A stretch of 62,699 bases of DNA, counting the filler, from Bonamia ostreae (lineage: Eukaryota), in assembly GCA_040357525.1 (NCBI GenBank). It is 23 parts of 23 records of this genome, joined end to end, with 100 filler letters (N's around TTAATTAATTAA, not from the genome) between each part and the next. Parts side by side here need not be neighbours in the genome. Positions count along the whole stretch, not along the records: positions 10,993 to 13,638 come from JBDODL010000740.1; positions 13,739 to 16,377 come from JBDODL010000741.1; positions 16,478 to 19,115 come from JBDODL010000742.1; positions 19,216 to 21,852 come from JBDODL010000743.1; positions 21,953 to 24,588 come from JBDODL010000744.1; 18 more parts are not named here. One strand, given 5' to 3'. The position numbers were made by a program, and so were the translations under genes. A model generated the notes under the pieces. It was not told the origin of the DNA and ran no database searches. It saw only the letters and a program-made list of their open reading frames with translations. Positions 11,746 to 23,495 of the stretch are shown here, one piece after another; the stretch's first letter is position 1; every line of letters starts with the position of its first letter.

Positions 11746-12605
11746 ATGGTGTTAGTAAAGATCGACGATGCGTATAAAAACGTTTCTAAAACAACCTTAA
11801 GCGTTACAGAGACGTAAAACTGGATCACCTCTTCAAGGCGCGCCCCAAAAAATTCAACCATGCTCGCCAGGCTCCCAAAAAAGACTTTTCGCGCGTAGTC
11901 AAATGGCCTAAATATATCGTCATCCAACGCAAAAAGGCCATTTTGAAGAAAAGGCTCAAAATTCCGCCGCCAGTGAACCAATTCAGCTTCACTTTGAATT
12001 CAAATCTAAGTTTCTTAAACACTATTTTCGCTCAATTTTGCTCTAAAATGACAAACATTCACAACAAAAATTTTTTCAAAAAATTTTAAGCAAAATCGCT
12101 TTATTCGCTCTTAAAAAAATACCGACCGGAGAGCACACACGAAAAGAAACTTCGCCTTAAAGAAGCCGCTCTGCAGAAAATCGAAGATAAGACGGAAAAA
12201 GCGCTCAAGCCTTCCGACAAACCTTACTTCGTCAAATATGGTCTGCGCCATGTGACGACTTTGGTCGAAAAGAAGAAAGCCAAACTAGTCGTGATCGCCG
12301 GAGACGTCGACCCGCTCGAAATGATCTTGTTCCTACCCACGCTTTGCCGCAAAATGGACGTTCCTTATTGCATCGTCCGCAGCAAATCGATGCTCGGCTC
12401 TTTTGTGCACCAGAAAAAAGTCACTTGTCTCGCTTTCACCGACGTCAGAAAGGGCAAAGACGAAGCGGTTTTCGAGCAATTGGTCAAATCGGTGCGCGCC
12501 AATTTCAACGAAGTCGAGTTCAAGAAATGGGGCGGAGGCGAAATGGGCAAAAAGTCGCGAGCGAAAGTTCTCAAGGAAAAAAAGTTCGGCGAGACTACGA
12601 AGTAG
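11746..12605 (+). CDS. RPL7A: 60S ribosomal protein L7a (eL8)
   Basis: [69 protein letters not shown]. Introns 11782-11801 (20 nt) and 12010-12090. Confidence 0.95.
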
Positions 12606-12648
12606 GAAAAGTAAATATCTTCTGCCATTTTCACTTTTAAAAACAAAT

Positions 12649-13638
12649 ATGATTAATCGCAAGCAATTACAAAAAGATAAAGTTAGAGATCAAAAAGAAT
12701 TGAAACTGTCTTACTTTTAAAGTATGGACAAAAAGTTCTAAAAAATAGAAATTTATTAAGAACGTGAGTTTTGCTGAAATAGACAAAATGATGTTAGAAA
12801 AAGATAGAAAAAACAAAAAATCGATAAGCAAAGGAAATCCACTTTTTAGAAGAAAAAAGTTGGAAACGAAAACAGGAACAAAGGAACATTCAATTTTCAC
12901 AAAAATCATCGAAAAAAGATCAAAATCGAATGAATCGAAAAAGATGACCAACAAACTACTTTTTGGCCGAAACACGTAAAAATCTCGATAAAAATTGCTT
13001 TTTTTGCTAAAATGTAGTTGACACTACGATACATTTACTTTAGCAAAAAACGGTTACATCATGGAATACGAGGATTTGAGAATGAAAAGAAGAAAAGCTA
13101 TACGACTTTGTTAGAAAAGGAAACGAAAGAAAATTTTTCTTAGACTCAATAAATTTAAGTTTTTAATTTGCGAGATTACAAAAATTTTTGTAGCACCAAA
13201 TTGTTAAAAATATGATTTAGATTGGCCAAAACTTTGTATTCAAAGAATGTCAAATTGAGTCTTTTAATTTCCACCACAAAATGTTTTGTGTTTTAAGGTT
13301 CCTATACAGTTTAAAAAGCTCATTTGCACCACAAATTTTTTACAAAAAATGGATTTCTTTAAATCTAAAACAGACTTTCTTAAGAATTTTAGTTCCTTTG
13401 ACGAAATCGAAAAAATCATTTTCGAAGAAATTAAAAATAACAAGATTTCGTTAGCAAAATCAAATTTTAATGTTTATAAAAAAATCAAATCTTTGAAAAT
13501 ATTTAATTTTATAGAAAGAGCTTTCTAAGGAAATTAACAACGATATAGGAACAGAATGCATTTCGGAAGATGAAGACGACAAGGAAAATTTTAAGAAAAC
13601 AGACCCGATTTTAGACAACAAAATCGATTCCCGTTTGA
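12649..13638 (+). CDS. Hypothetical multi-exon protein; structure unresolved
   Basis: Chain of Lys-rich + strand ORF fragments separated by GT..AG stretches; no family recognised. Confidence 0.3.
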
Positions 13639-13738
13639 NNNNNNNNNNNNNNNNNNNNNNNNNNNNNNNNNNNNNNNNNNNNTTAATTAATTAANNNNNN
13701 NNNNNNNNNNNNNNNNNNNNNNNNNNNNNNNNNNNNNN

Positions 13739-13989
13739 AAAATAATATTCTTTTTCTTGTTTGATATGGTAAATCTGCTCATCAAGATTTTTCCGTTCTT
13801 CCAAACGAAATCTTATTTTCTCGTTAAATTTGACAATTTGTTTTTGTCTTTTTTGCTTAAATCGTTTAGCCGCCATTCTAAACTTGAATCTTAAATTTTG
13901 AACAAAAACCTTTTTTCTTCAACGGAAAGAGTTTCTTTTTCCGGTCTAAAAAAGTTTGTAAAACTGTTTGGAAATTTGTCAATGGCCAT
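13739..13989 (-). CDS. bZIP-like protein A, 3'-partial
   Basis: MAIDKFPNSFTNFFRPEKETLSVEEKR|FKFRMAAKRFKQKRQKQIVKFNEKIRFRLEERKNLDEQIYHIKQEKEYYF; 20-nt intron 13890-13909. Confidence 0.65.
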
Positions 13990-14350
13990 TAAAACTCAAA
14001 TTTTTGCAATTTATTTGATAAAATGTAATTGTGTTGCTCGCGGGAAAAATTGAGAAGTTTTATAGTTTGTTTATTTTTTTGTTATATTTATGTTTTAATA
14101 GAGAAATTGAAACAAAAATTTTGTTTTGATAAAAGCAAAACTCTAAACTATATTAAGTTTATTGTTTCGCGCGAGAATAAACAATTTTTGCAATTTAATC
14201 TGTAATTTCGACAATTTAGTAAATTGCTAAAGTTAAACCAAAATAATCTGTTTCGTTTTTAAAAACGATTCAAACAATATAAAATCGCCATAATTTGTAC
14301 ACATTTTTCGAAAACAATCGAGAAACAACATTTGCAATTTTAATTAAAAA

Positions 14351-14795
14351 ATGATAATGAACAATTCGACCAAATATAACATTTTGCCGAACAAGAAAGC
14401 ACCCGAACTGACTGTTCAAGAAAAAAGGTTTATTAAAAATTTGATTCAAAAGAACAAAATTTAAAATTGCGGCAAGACGGTTTAAAGAAAAACGATTAAG
14501 AGATATCGAAAAGTACGAAAACAAAATCAAAACTCAGCTCAAAAAGCAAAAGATATTAAACGAACAACTGAAATCGATTCATTGCGACTCGAATTACAGA
14601 TATTGGTTTGTTATTGAATTTACAAATTTTTGTTATCAAATTACAAATAACGAAAGGGTGTTTAGCTATAAATATGACGAAATGTTGACACAAGCCAAAT
14701 ATTACAGAATGCAATCGATCTATCTCGAGAAGTGCATTGACGAAAAGATTTCGAAGACAAAGAAAAGTTGCAAATCTCAAAATAAAAAATATTGA
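14351..14795 (+). CDS. bZIP-like protein B, paralog of A; absent from the ORF track
   Basis: MIMNNSTKYNILPNKKAPELTVQEKR|TKFKIAARRFKEKRLRDIEKYENKIKTQLKKQKILNEQLKSIHCDSNYRYW..; 25-nt intron 14428-14452; possible in-frame intron 14606-14656. Confidence 0.65.
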
Positions 14796-14857
14796 GAAAT
14801 TTTGCTTTTTCAACAATTTTTATTTTTGCTTTAAAAAATGGAAAATTTCAAGTTCGT

Positions 14858-16051
14858 TTATGTTGGAACACTAAAACCACTTAAGAACAGTTCTTTAATG
14901 GCTTTAACTAAATGTTCGAGAAAGGGCACACTTTCTGAATTATATATCAAAATGGCGAAAAACAAAGTTGTGTAAGTCGATATTACCAGAACAGGCGCTG
15001 GAGAGCCTTTTCCGATTTTCCTTGTGTTCTCGAGCATCGTTTCGAGCGAATCCACTTTTTCGGTAATTTTAGTCGCCACAATTTTTCTTTATTTTGTTTA
15101 AAAAAACAATTTGGAAAAATTTTGTTCGAAAATGCGCATTTTCTCATTATCTTCCGTCTTCTCGATTTTCATCTGATTAAATTGTCTAATCAAGTTTTTC
15201 GCGTCGTTAAGATTATTTTGGAGTGTTTCCGCTTTCGTTTTGAAATTGTTAATTTGACTGACATATTTTGTAATTTTGGTTTTTTCGTTTTGCAAATCCG
15301 ATTGACGTCTTTTCGCATTTTCTTCGATCGATTTCTCTTTTTCCAAATTCATTTTTACCAAATTTTCGTTTTTTTGTTTTTCTTCAATTATCAATTTTTC
15401 CATTTTTTCTTGTTCAACCAACACGTCTTTATTGATTTTGTTCGCTTTGCTCAACATATTTTCATTTTCTACCAATTTTTCATTCAAATTGTTCATTACA
15501 GTTTCAGTTTCTGAAGCTTTTTCTTTGAGCTTTAACACTTCGTTATTTAATTGATCTTTATCTTTGATCATCGAATTACTGTCATTTAAAGCTTTCGCGA
15601 GGTTTTTAGACAAGCTTCCATGTTTTATCAACAAATCAGCATTTTTCTTTTTTAGTTCTTCAACTTCAGATTTGGCTTTATCTAATTTTTCCTGTTCGTT
15701 TTTGATTATTAACTTCTTTCCTTTTATGTCGTTTTCAAAATGCTTTTTTTGTTCGCTCATTTTTTCGACAAATTTCTCAAAAATTTCTTTTTGTTCTTTG
15801 AGTTCGTTCGCGATTTGCCGTTTTTCCTTCTGCAGATTGTTTCTGAGATTTCTGCCGTTTTTGATGATTTTTTCGAGTTCTGTTTCAGTTTCCTTGTTTT
15901 TGGCGAAGAGCAGTTCGACTTCGGTTTCTTTGGCTTTGAAAATTTCTTTCATGTTTCTGTTGTCTTTGAGTGCTTGCACCGCGATTTTTTCGTATCTATC
16001 GAACGCGATCAGACAGTAATTGGAGGCCATCGAGATGTTGAAAATGCTCAC
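14858..16051 (-). CDS. Long coiled-coil protein with C-terminal hydrophobic anchor (golgin-like architecture); true start upstream
   Basis: 317-aa K/E/N heptad ORF joined by 21-nt intron 15087-15107 to an exon containing VLVISTYTTLFFAILIY. Confidence 0.6.
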
Positions 16052-16746
16052 GTGTTTTCTGAAAATTACTCCTTTCAGGTTTCTGTACTTTTTTATTCCA
16101 TATTTAGTTCGTGAACATTTTTACTGTTTGCGGTTTAGTAAATTATTAAAAGAATTTTAGTTTGGCAAATGTTTAGCGTTGACGGTTATTCGACTAAATG
16201 TTGATTTTCCGATTTTTAAATAAAATTTGGACAGTTTTTAATACAAAATTTTTTGGTAAAATTTAAAATTTTATTTTGCTGAAATTTTGAAACGGTTTTT
16301 AATACAAAATTTTAGGTCGAATTTAAAATTTTATTTTGCTGAAATTTTGAAACACTTTTTAAAACAAAATTTTTTGGNNNNNNNNNNNNNNNNNNNNNNN
16401 NNNNNNNNNNNNNNNNNNNNNTTAATTAATTAANNNNNNNNNNNNNNNNNNNNNNNNNNNNNNNNNNNNNNNNNNNNTCTTGAAAAAGGGATTTTTGATT
16501 AAAGTCTGATTTAAAAGATTTCAATTATCTGGAAACCATTTTTACAACGGCTAATTATTAAAAAAAATTTAACGGCTAATTATTTAAGTCATTTTACAAA
16601 AAATTCAAAAGCCATTATTTGAAACAACGGCTAATTTAACCATTTTTATTCATAATCGACTATATCTAGTTGTTCACATAAAACTAAGATTACATCAAAA
16701 TTAAATTAAAACAAGTGCACTTGCCTAAACGCCATTAAACCAAAAA

Positions 16747-18049
16747 ATGCAAGCGGTAATTTTATCCGGTGGCTTTGGCACACGATTGAGACCACTGACA
16801 TTTTCTTGTCCCAAACCTCTCATTCCTTTATGCAATGTCCCCATTCTCGAACACCAAATATCCGCTTTGAGCATGGCCGGCGTCAAAAAAATTTTGCTCG
16901 CGATTTCTAACAACGCCTTTTCGTTCGAGAAATTGCAACTTTTCGTCGAAATGGCGCAAAGAAAATATCGAGTTAAAATTGTCTTGTCTGTTGAAGACGA
17001 GCCATTAGGAACTGGTTTTGTCTCTGATTTTCTATAGCTGGGCCGATCGCCTTGGCCGAAAGACATATAACAACAGAAAATTTTTTTGTGTTGAATAGCG
17101 ACATCATATGCGAATACCCGTTCGGCAAAATGTTCAGTTTCCATATCGAGAAAAAAGCGCTTGGAACTATTTATGTTTTCATGCTATTTTTCAAAATATT
17201 TTGGTAAATCTCATTTTTCGCGGAAAACGCGATTTGCTTTAATTCGTCTTTTTATTTTATTCAAATTCGTCTTTTTGTTTTATAGACGGTCACAAGCAAG
17301 TCTCCGTGGAAATATGGAGTTGTTTTGTTCGAAAAAGAATCGGGAAAAATTTTAAATTTTGAGGAGAAACCAAAAAGTTTGTTCTCAAAGTAATATCATT
17401 CAAAAAAAAGACAATATCGGGAACACAATAAATGGCGGCATATTCTGCTACCACAGAAAGATTTTTGATTACCTCAAAGTTTCAATTTTGACGAAAAAAG
17501 GTCACAAAGATGTCGATGGAACGCGAAGTTTTCCCAATTTTGGCACAAGAAAGCAAACTTTTCAGCTACGCCTCTGAAGAAAAGGAAACTTTCTGGATGG
17601 ACATTGGACAACCTAAAGATTACCTCGCCGGAACGTTTTAACAAATTATTTTAGAAATCTCTACATCGACCGTCTCGGCGGAAAACCGATCATCGTTTTT
17701 TAATTCGAAAACAGGGCCAAAACGTTATAATCGGAGAAGGCGCCAATATCGAAAATCACGTCGTAATAGGCGACAATTGTGTTATTGAAGAAGGAGTTGT
17801 TTTGCAGAATTGCGTTCTGTTTTCCGGGAGCATCATTAAAAAATCTTCGAGTGTCGCGGGGAGCATTATCGGGTGGGACTGTGTCGTGAGAGAAAATGTT
17901 TTTGAAAAAATATCGCAAAGTCGAAAATAAGCGATCTGAGCATTTTGGAGAACAACGTGATCGTTTTGGAGAAATCTGTTCTTGAAAAGGTGATTGTTTG
18001 TTCACACCGAAGCGTGGAGGGATTTGTGAGAGATAAAATAGTACTGTAA
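16747..18049 (+). CDS. GMPPB: Mannose-1-phosphate guanylyltransferase, 8 exons
   Basis: [51 protein letters not shown]-terminal hexapeptide repeats. Introns 17015-17037, 17175-17285, 17377-17410, 17479-17500, 17635-17654, 17695-17714, 17898-17920. Confidence 0.93.
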
Positions 18050-18052
18050 AAT

Positions 18053-19008
18053 TTATTTTTTCTGTAAAAGCTGTTTAAAGTACTCGATTTTTTCTCGTTC
18101 GGCTTGACGATGTTTTTTGACGCGTTCAAATTGTTCGATGTTTTTGCGTTCTTGGCGCACTCGTTTTCGATTCAACATGTTTTTATAGTCGTCTTTGCTG
18201 GAGCCCATTAGAAATTTGTCATTTAAAGCCGGCATTTGTTCGTCTCGGGTGCGATTTTTCTCTCTTTTTATTTTCTTTTTTTCGATCATCGCTTCTCGTG
18301 TTCCCTTTTCTGGGCGTGGCATGATGTTGTCTCTTAATTCTTCTCTTTCTTCTCTGAAGCGTTCTCGCTCTCTCCTTTGCAAAATGTTGTTCTCGAGGCG
18401 TTTATTGGCTCGTTCGGCTTCTGTTTGCATTGGAAGTTCGTTTGCGATTTTTGGGCGCTCTTTTCTTGTATTTTCTGTTTTCGTGTGGTAAGTCTCGGTG
18501 TCCACCCTGTCTTTTACTAAAATTTGACATTTGTGAAAATATTAAATTTAGAGTTCAATTAAAGCCATTCTTGACCGATTTGGCAAGAATTTACGACGTG
18601 TAAATTAATTTGGTCAATCCGATTTAACGAGTTAATAATAATGCACATTTACGATTTAAAACAACAAAAAATAGTTTAACGGTTCGCATAAAGTAAATTC
18701 CATTAAAGCTACAATATTTGTCCGAAATGGCAAAAACTTTTTTCTAGTGTGTTTTTGTCGCGAGTGGAAAGATCGAAGTTCCATTGGTGGCGAGTGGCCG
18801 GAACTTCGACGGCGGAGCTGTTTATTCCTTCGTAATATTTCTGCGAAAGTTTGCCTTTGTTCCACTTTTTCGCGAACCGTTTGAACAACTTTTTCAACTT
18901 TTTAGATTTTTGCTCGTCAAAATACATTCCTTTCTGCTCGAAAAGCCATACGCGAAACTCTGTGCTTTTCTTGTAAAAGTCTTCCTTCGAAATTTTCAAC
19001 GAATCCAT
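18053..19008 (-). CDS. SCI1 (style cell-cycle inhibitor 1)-like conserved protein, at least 2 exons
   Basis: ISKEDFYKKSTEFRVWL..KKLFKRFAKKWNKGKLSQKYYEGI; C-terminal part IMPRPEKGTREAMIEKKK..LNDKFLMG. Confidence 0.65.
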
Positions 19009-19280
19009 TTAAGGTTTTTATTATTACCGAATTTAAATAGTTCTTTATAACTTACAACAAAATTTAAAATCTTTCCAAAAAATTTTTTGTGATTTTGATT
19101 CGTTCCCGAAAATATNNNNNNNNNNNNNNNNNNNNNNNNNNNNNNNNNNNNNNNNNNNNTTAATTAATTAANNNNNNNNNNNNNNNNNNNNNNNNNNNNN
19201 NNNNNNNNNNNNNNNAGTAGAGAGCTAAAAATCTAATAATTCGTGAAATTATTTGTTGAAATGACTTAAAACAAAAAATG

Positions 19281-19566
19281 TCAATCGTTTTTACTTTGCT
19301 CATCGACTTCTTTTTTGGCCAGAGAAAGAAAGATAAATCTATCCAAAGGCAATTTGTCCTTTTTGTCAGATTTCACGGTTCCCCACGGATTCACAGAAAA
19401 CTTCCACCAGTTCCTCAAATAACTGTAAGGGTCGTACATGACTTTTTTGTGAATAAACTCTTCCAAAGGACTATAAGCTTCGGACTCCCCGTTTTTTCGT
19501 TTTATAGGACATTTTATTCTGTTTTGGAAACTTCAAATTTTAAGTTTAAAACATGTCGGTTTCCAT
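19281..19566 (-). CDS. Small hypothetical protein
   Basis: ORF ..KVMYDPYSYLRNWWKFSVNPWG.. with an upstream ATG in TTTAATG context; exon junction not resolved. Confidence 0.35.
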
Positions 19567-19777
19567 TAAAGCTTAAATATAATCGTATATTTATATATAT
19601 TAATCGGTTTAAACCTTTTTTAACGCGATAAAAATTTGAATCAAAAAATTTACAAATCGATTTCATTTCTTTTATTATTTCAAATCACCTTTTCTTAAAA
19701 ATTTCAAAGACATGTTTTGATTATTTTGACATTTCTAAAATTTTAAAATTTAATCAATTTGGACATTTTCAAATTAT

Positions 19778-20233
19778 TTAATTTTTCTTTTTCGCAAACT
19801 CGTTATAAATTTGGTCCATGCGCTTTTTTCTAAACATGTTCCGTTTCAAATTAATCGCGAAAGCAGTGCGCAACTTGTCTTCGGGCGTTTTTAATATGTA
19901 TTCATCGAAGGAACCGGCATCGTCGATTTCCTTCATTGCAGACATTGACATTTTCACTTTCATTTCAAACTGTAAAATTTCGCTTTTTATCCTTTTGTTA
20001 GCCGCGTTTGGCATCAAAACGACTTTTTTCTTCAAAGTTTTTTTATTCGAAATCTTTTTTATTTTGAGTACTCTCCGTTGAGTGTCTGTCCCGTAAATAT
20101 TCAGTTCCTCTTCCATTATAATCGGCAACTTTTTCATTCTTTTTTCTTTCAAAATGGGCTCCAATTTTGTCAATTTCCTGTACATTTCTCCGGGTATCGG
20201 TGTCCATTTTTTAGGCACAAAAACACGCTGCAT
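19778..20233 (-). CDS. MRPL28: Mitochondrial ribosomal protein bL28m
   Basis: LMPNAANKRIKSEIL..SAMKEIDDAGSFDEYILKTP, typical of the L28m family. Confidence 0.8.
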   Translation of the reverse strand: MQRVFVPKKWTPIPGEMYRKLTKLEPILKEKRMKKLPIIMEEELNIYGTDTQRRVLKIKKISNKKTLKKKVVLMPNAANKRIKSEILQFEMKVKMSMSAMKEIDDAGSFDEYILKTPEDKLRTAFAINLKRNMFRKKRMDQIYNEFAKKKN

Positions 20234-20421
20234 TTCAGACCTTTGATTTTCTCGTTTTTTCTAATAAACAAGAATATTTTTTAGTTTTTTTTCCAAGTTA
20301 ATGGATATTTGCGGTAGCAGATATTACAATAACCAAAAAGGATCACAATTGTCGGTCAACAAAACCAAAAATGTAAACGAATCTTATAAAACAAAATTTA
20401 GCATTTTGATAAGCGGATTTA

Positions 20422-21852
20422 ATGTCCTTCTTTTTTAAAAAAGTCAAAAACTTAATTCTGAAAAGAAAATCTTCACATTTTATCAAACCGAAATTTTGTG
20501 GATTTTCAACTCATTCTATTTTACTGAACGATAAAGCTTTAAATAAATTGATACAAAGCACAATGAGCAAAAATATTGATACAATTGATGTTTATAGATC
20601 TCTTCTGGAAAATTACGGCGCTGTGAACAGTTCAATCCAGATTTCAAAAAAATTTAGCTTTTTCTCGGTATTTAAATTTTTGAAAAATTGATATTAATGA
20701 AATTTTTTTTGTAAAAATTGTTATTAATCAAATTTGCAAAAAAATTGTATTTAAATCTTGAAAAATTGTTGTTGTTCAATTTTTTTTGAAAAATTGATAT
20801 CAATGAAATTTGCAAAAAAATTGTATTAAATCTTAAAAAATTGTTGTTGTTCAATTTTTTTTTGTAAAAATTGTTGTTATTCAAATTTTTGAAAATTGCG
20901 ATTTTAGAAAGTTGGAAAATTGGGCGAAAAATTTTCGATGAGACCAATAAAAATTTTGGAGAACAGTCCAATGTCTGTTTTATTGGAAAATAAACAGAAT
21001 CGCAAAACGAATCGATTTGCTATTCATTTCCATTCAATAGGATTCGTCGGTTTTCCGAATTTTAAAATATTTTTACAATTTTCTCAAATTTGTAAAAACG
21101 GATAAAATCCAAAAACGACAAATTTGTAAACAGAAATGTAAAGAATAGATATTAAATTTTTATCCGCGAAAAAATTAATATCCGGCTAATTTTTATCTAT
21201 CAAAATAGCATTTTAAAAATAAAAAAATTGCTTTTTATGAATTGTATCAACGTAGCTGGATCTCCGTTAGATGTCTACAAACCGATAAGCCATTTGTTTG
21301 AAGATTTGAACTGCGACAAAATTCTTTGTGTTGGTTTGAATTCCATCGAACATGCAAAACTTTCGGACATTTTTGAAACAGCTTTAAATGCCTATAATTA
21401 TGTTGTCCGAAAGTTTGAAGCTGATAAATCCAAATTAATCATTTCAGGTCGTTTAAGATTAAATTTTTAGATTTTTTGAAAACAGTTTAGTCCAAATTTA
21501 TTTTTTTTTCAAATTACAAATTTTCAATTTAAGGCAGTGCATCAGGTTGTCTGTTGACGACGAAAATTCTCAATTACTTAAATTCGAAACAAGAAAAAAC
21601 AGGAGAAAAACATCCTCAACTTCATTACAGAATGGCGCCGATATTTATAAGAAAACCGTCAAAATTTTACTGTGGAGCCATTATTAGTCTTTAACAATTT
21701 TTGTCAAATCGCAATAATTAGTTTATTATAAATTTCCAAATTAAGATTTCTCACCGTTGTTGACCTTAAAAATGGATGAAGGGAAAGATCTGTTAATGAG
21801 TGATGACGTTATAAGAGTAATCAATAAAATCGTCGATGATAAAGTTTCAAAA
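20422..21852 (+). CDS. Alpha/beta hydrolase (HSL/Abhydrolase_3-like), multi-exon, 3'-partial
   Basis: FAIHFHSIGFV|AGS (cf. HGGGF), ALNAYNYV..LIISG|GSASGCL (cf. GDSAG), ISPLL. Basic presequence-like N-terminus. Confidence 0.6.
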
Positions 21853-22299
21853 NNNNNNNNNNNNNNNNNNNNNNNNNNNNNNNNNNNNNNNNNNNNTTAA
21901 TTAATTAANNNNNNNNNNNNNNNNNNNNNNNNNNNNNNNNNNNNNNNNNNNNACAACAAAAATTTGGAAGTCTCTTACGTTAGACAAATTTTTACTTTCT
22001 TCGTTAGACAAAATTTTTCATGCATTCCAGATTTCCAAGTTGACTTTAGAAATAGAAAAATCTCAATTAATGACTTAAGTTTCCGAATAGTGCGCGGATG
22101 TGATAGAAATTGCCTTATGGATTAAGTATTTGGTTATTCATGCATGTGGAGATTTTCTTGGTTCTACAATCCATTTGCCATATTCTATTCCTTTAAGAAT
22201 TTTGTTGATTAGCATTGGACCGGAGTCCCAATAACTCTTTTATACATTGAAATTTTTTGCGCATTTTTCCAGCAATGTTCAATTTGAATGCCGTTTACC

Positions 22300-23495
22300 T
22301 CTTACACTTTTTTGGGACGTCTTTAAATCAGAAGAGACAATGTTGTTGAATTTTGAGCAGTTCCATCTAAAATTTAAAAATTTGATGATGCGTCTTAGGT
22401 CACCGCTGGACTAATTTACGAAGTGTATAATATCACCTCGATAAGTGACGTCTAATACGATCTAGTTGATATCTGGAGCGAATTGGTAGGAAATAGATCA
22501 ATAAGCAAGAATGGATCTAACATGAGATTTGTACAAATGCAGTTTTGCTTTATGACGGATTATTGTCTGTTTTGCTTCCCAAGTAGCTTATTATTCCCAT
22601 AACTTTTCTGCTTTTTGGTATGATGTTGTCGAAATGATGTTTGAAAGAGGCTGTTCTGTGATATTTTACTTCAAGATATTTCCATTCCTTACTAGGAAGA
22701 TTCTTTTTTGTTAAATAATACAGAAAATTCGCAGTTCTAAACATTTGAATTTATACAAAATTATTTGGAGTTGATAGATTGCTACTGTGCACAGGTACTG
22801 TGTTCGAAACTGTATGAAAAATCATCTGCGTATCCAGTAACTGAGTTGTAGACGCCAAAAAGTGAACTGGAGTAGATGCTGCTTTGCAGCAAACCTTTGG
22901 GACAGTTTAACTTTTTTGAATTATTACCTCTAATCTTGATTCCACAAGAGCGATTAGTTATGAAGCTGCATAAATATTTTTTGATGTAAGACTCTATCTT
23001 GAATGCGTTGATCATCTTCTTTAGTTTATCTTTATTGAATTGATTGAGTCGTAAGTTTTCGAGAGATCCACAAAGCATACTGCTAATATTTACTCTGTGT
23101 TTTAGATTTGAAGATTTTGGATGGTAATTTTACTAATGTAGTACTGGAGCCTTTTGTGAATCCGAATAGATTATTTGGTATCAAGTCTAGAAATTTATTG
23201 GATTTGGCAATTCTGTTCAATACAATTTTTTCTAGATTTTTTGCCGCTACTGATAACATAGCAAGGGATCTAAAGTCATTTATTTCGTTTGCGGATATAT
23301 TAATTACTTTTTTCCAACCATTCGGGGTGGCCCTGTTTGAAAGGAGGACGTTAAAGATTTTGCATAAGATTCTGCGCGTAGTAGGAGCGCCTTTTTTATC
23401 ATCTCGGGCCCAGAGGATTTGTTGATTTTCATGTCTTCGGCAAATACTAAGACTTTGTCTATTAGTATATCTTTGTAATTTTGGCTAGTGAACAT
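22300..23495 (-). pseudogene. Decayed non-LTR (LINE) reverse transcriptase
   Basis: KSSGPEMI, KGLLQSSIYSSSLF..YADD, KYLEV..SFKHH and LYKSHVRSILAY* in several frames, with stops. Confidence 0.8.

Noticed and set aside
12976-13110. Alternative genetic code or stop readthrough to explain fragmented ORFs
   Set aside because: In the recognisable genes I traced, stops vanish on removing GT-AG micro-introns, and Trp/Gln use standard codons. The one TGA here lies in an unresolved gene model.
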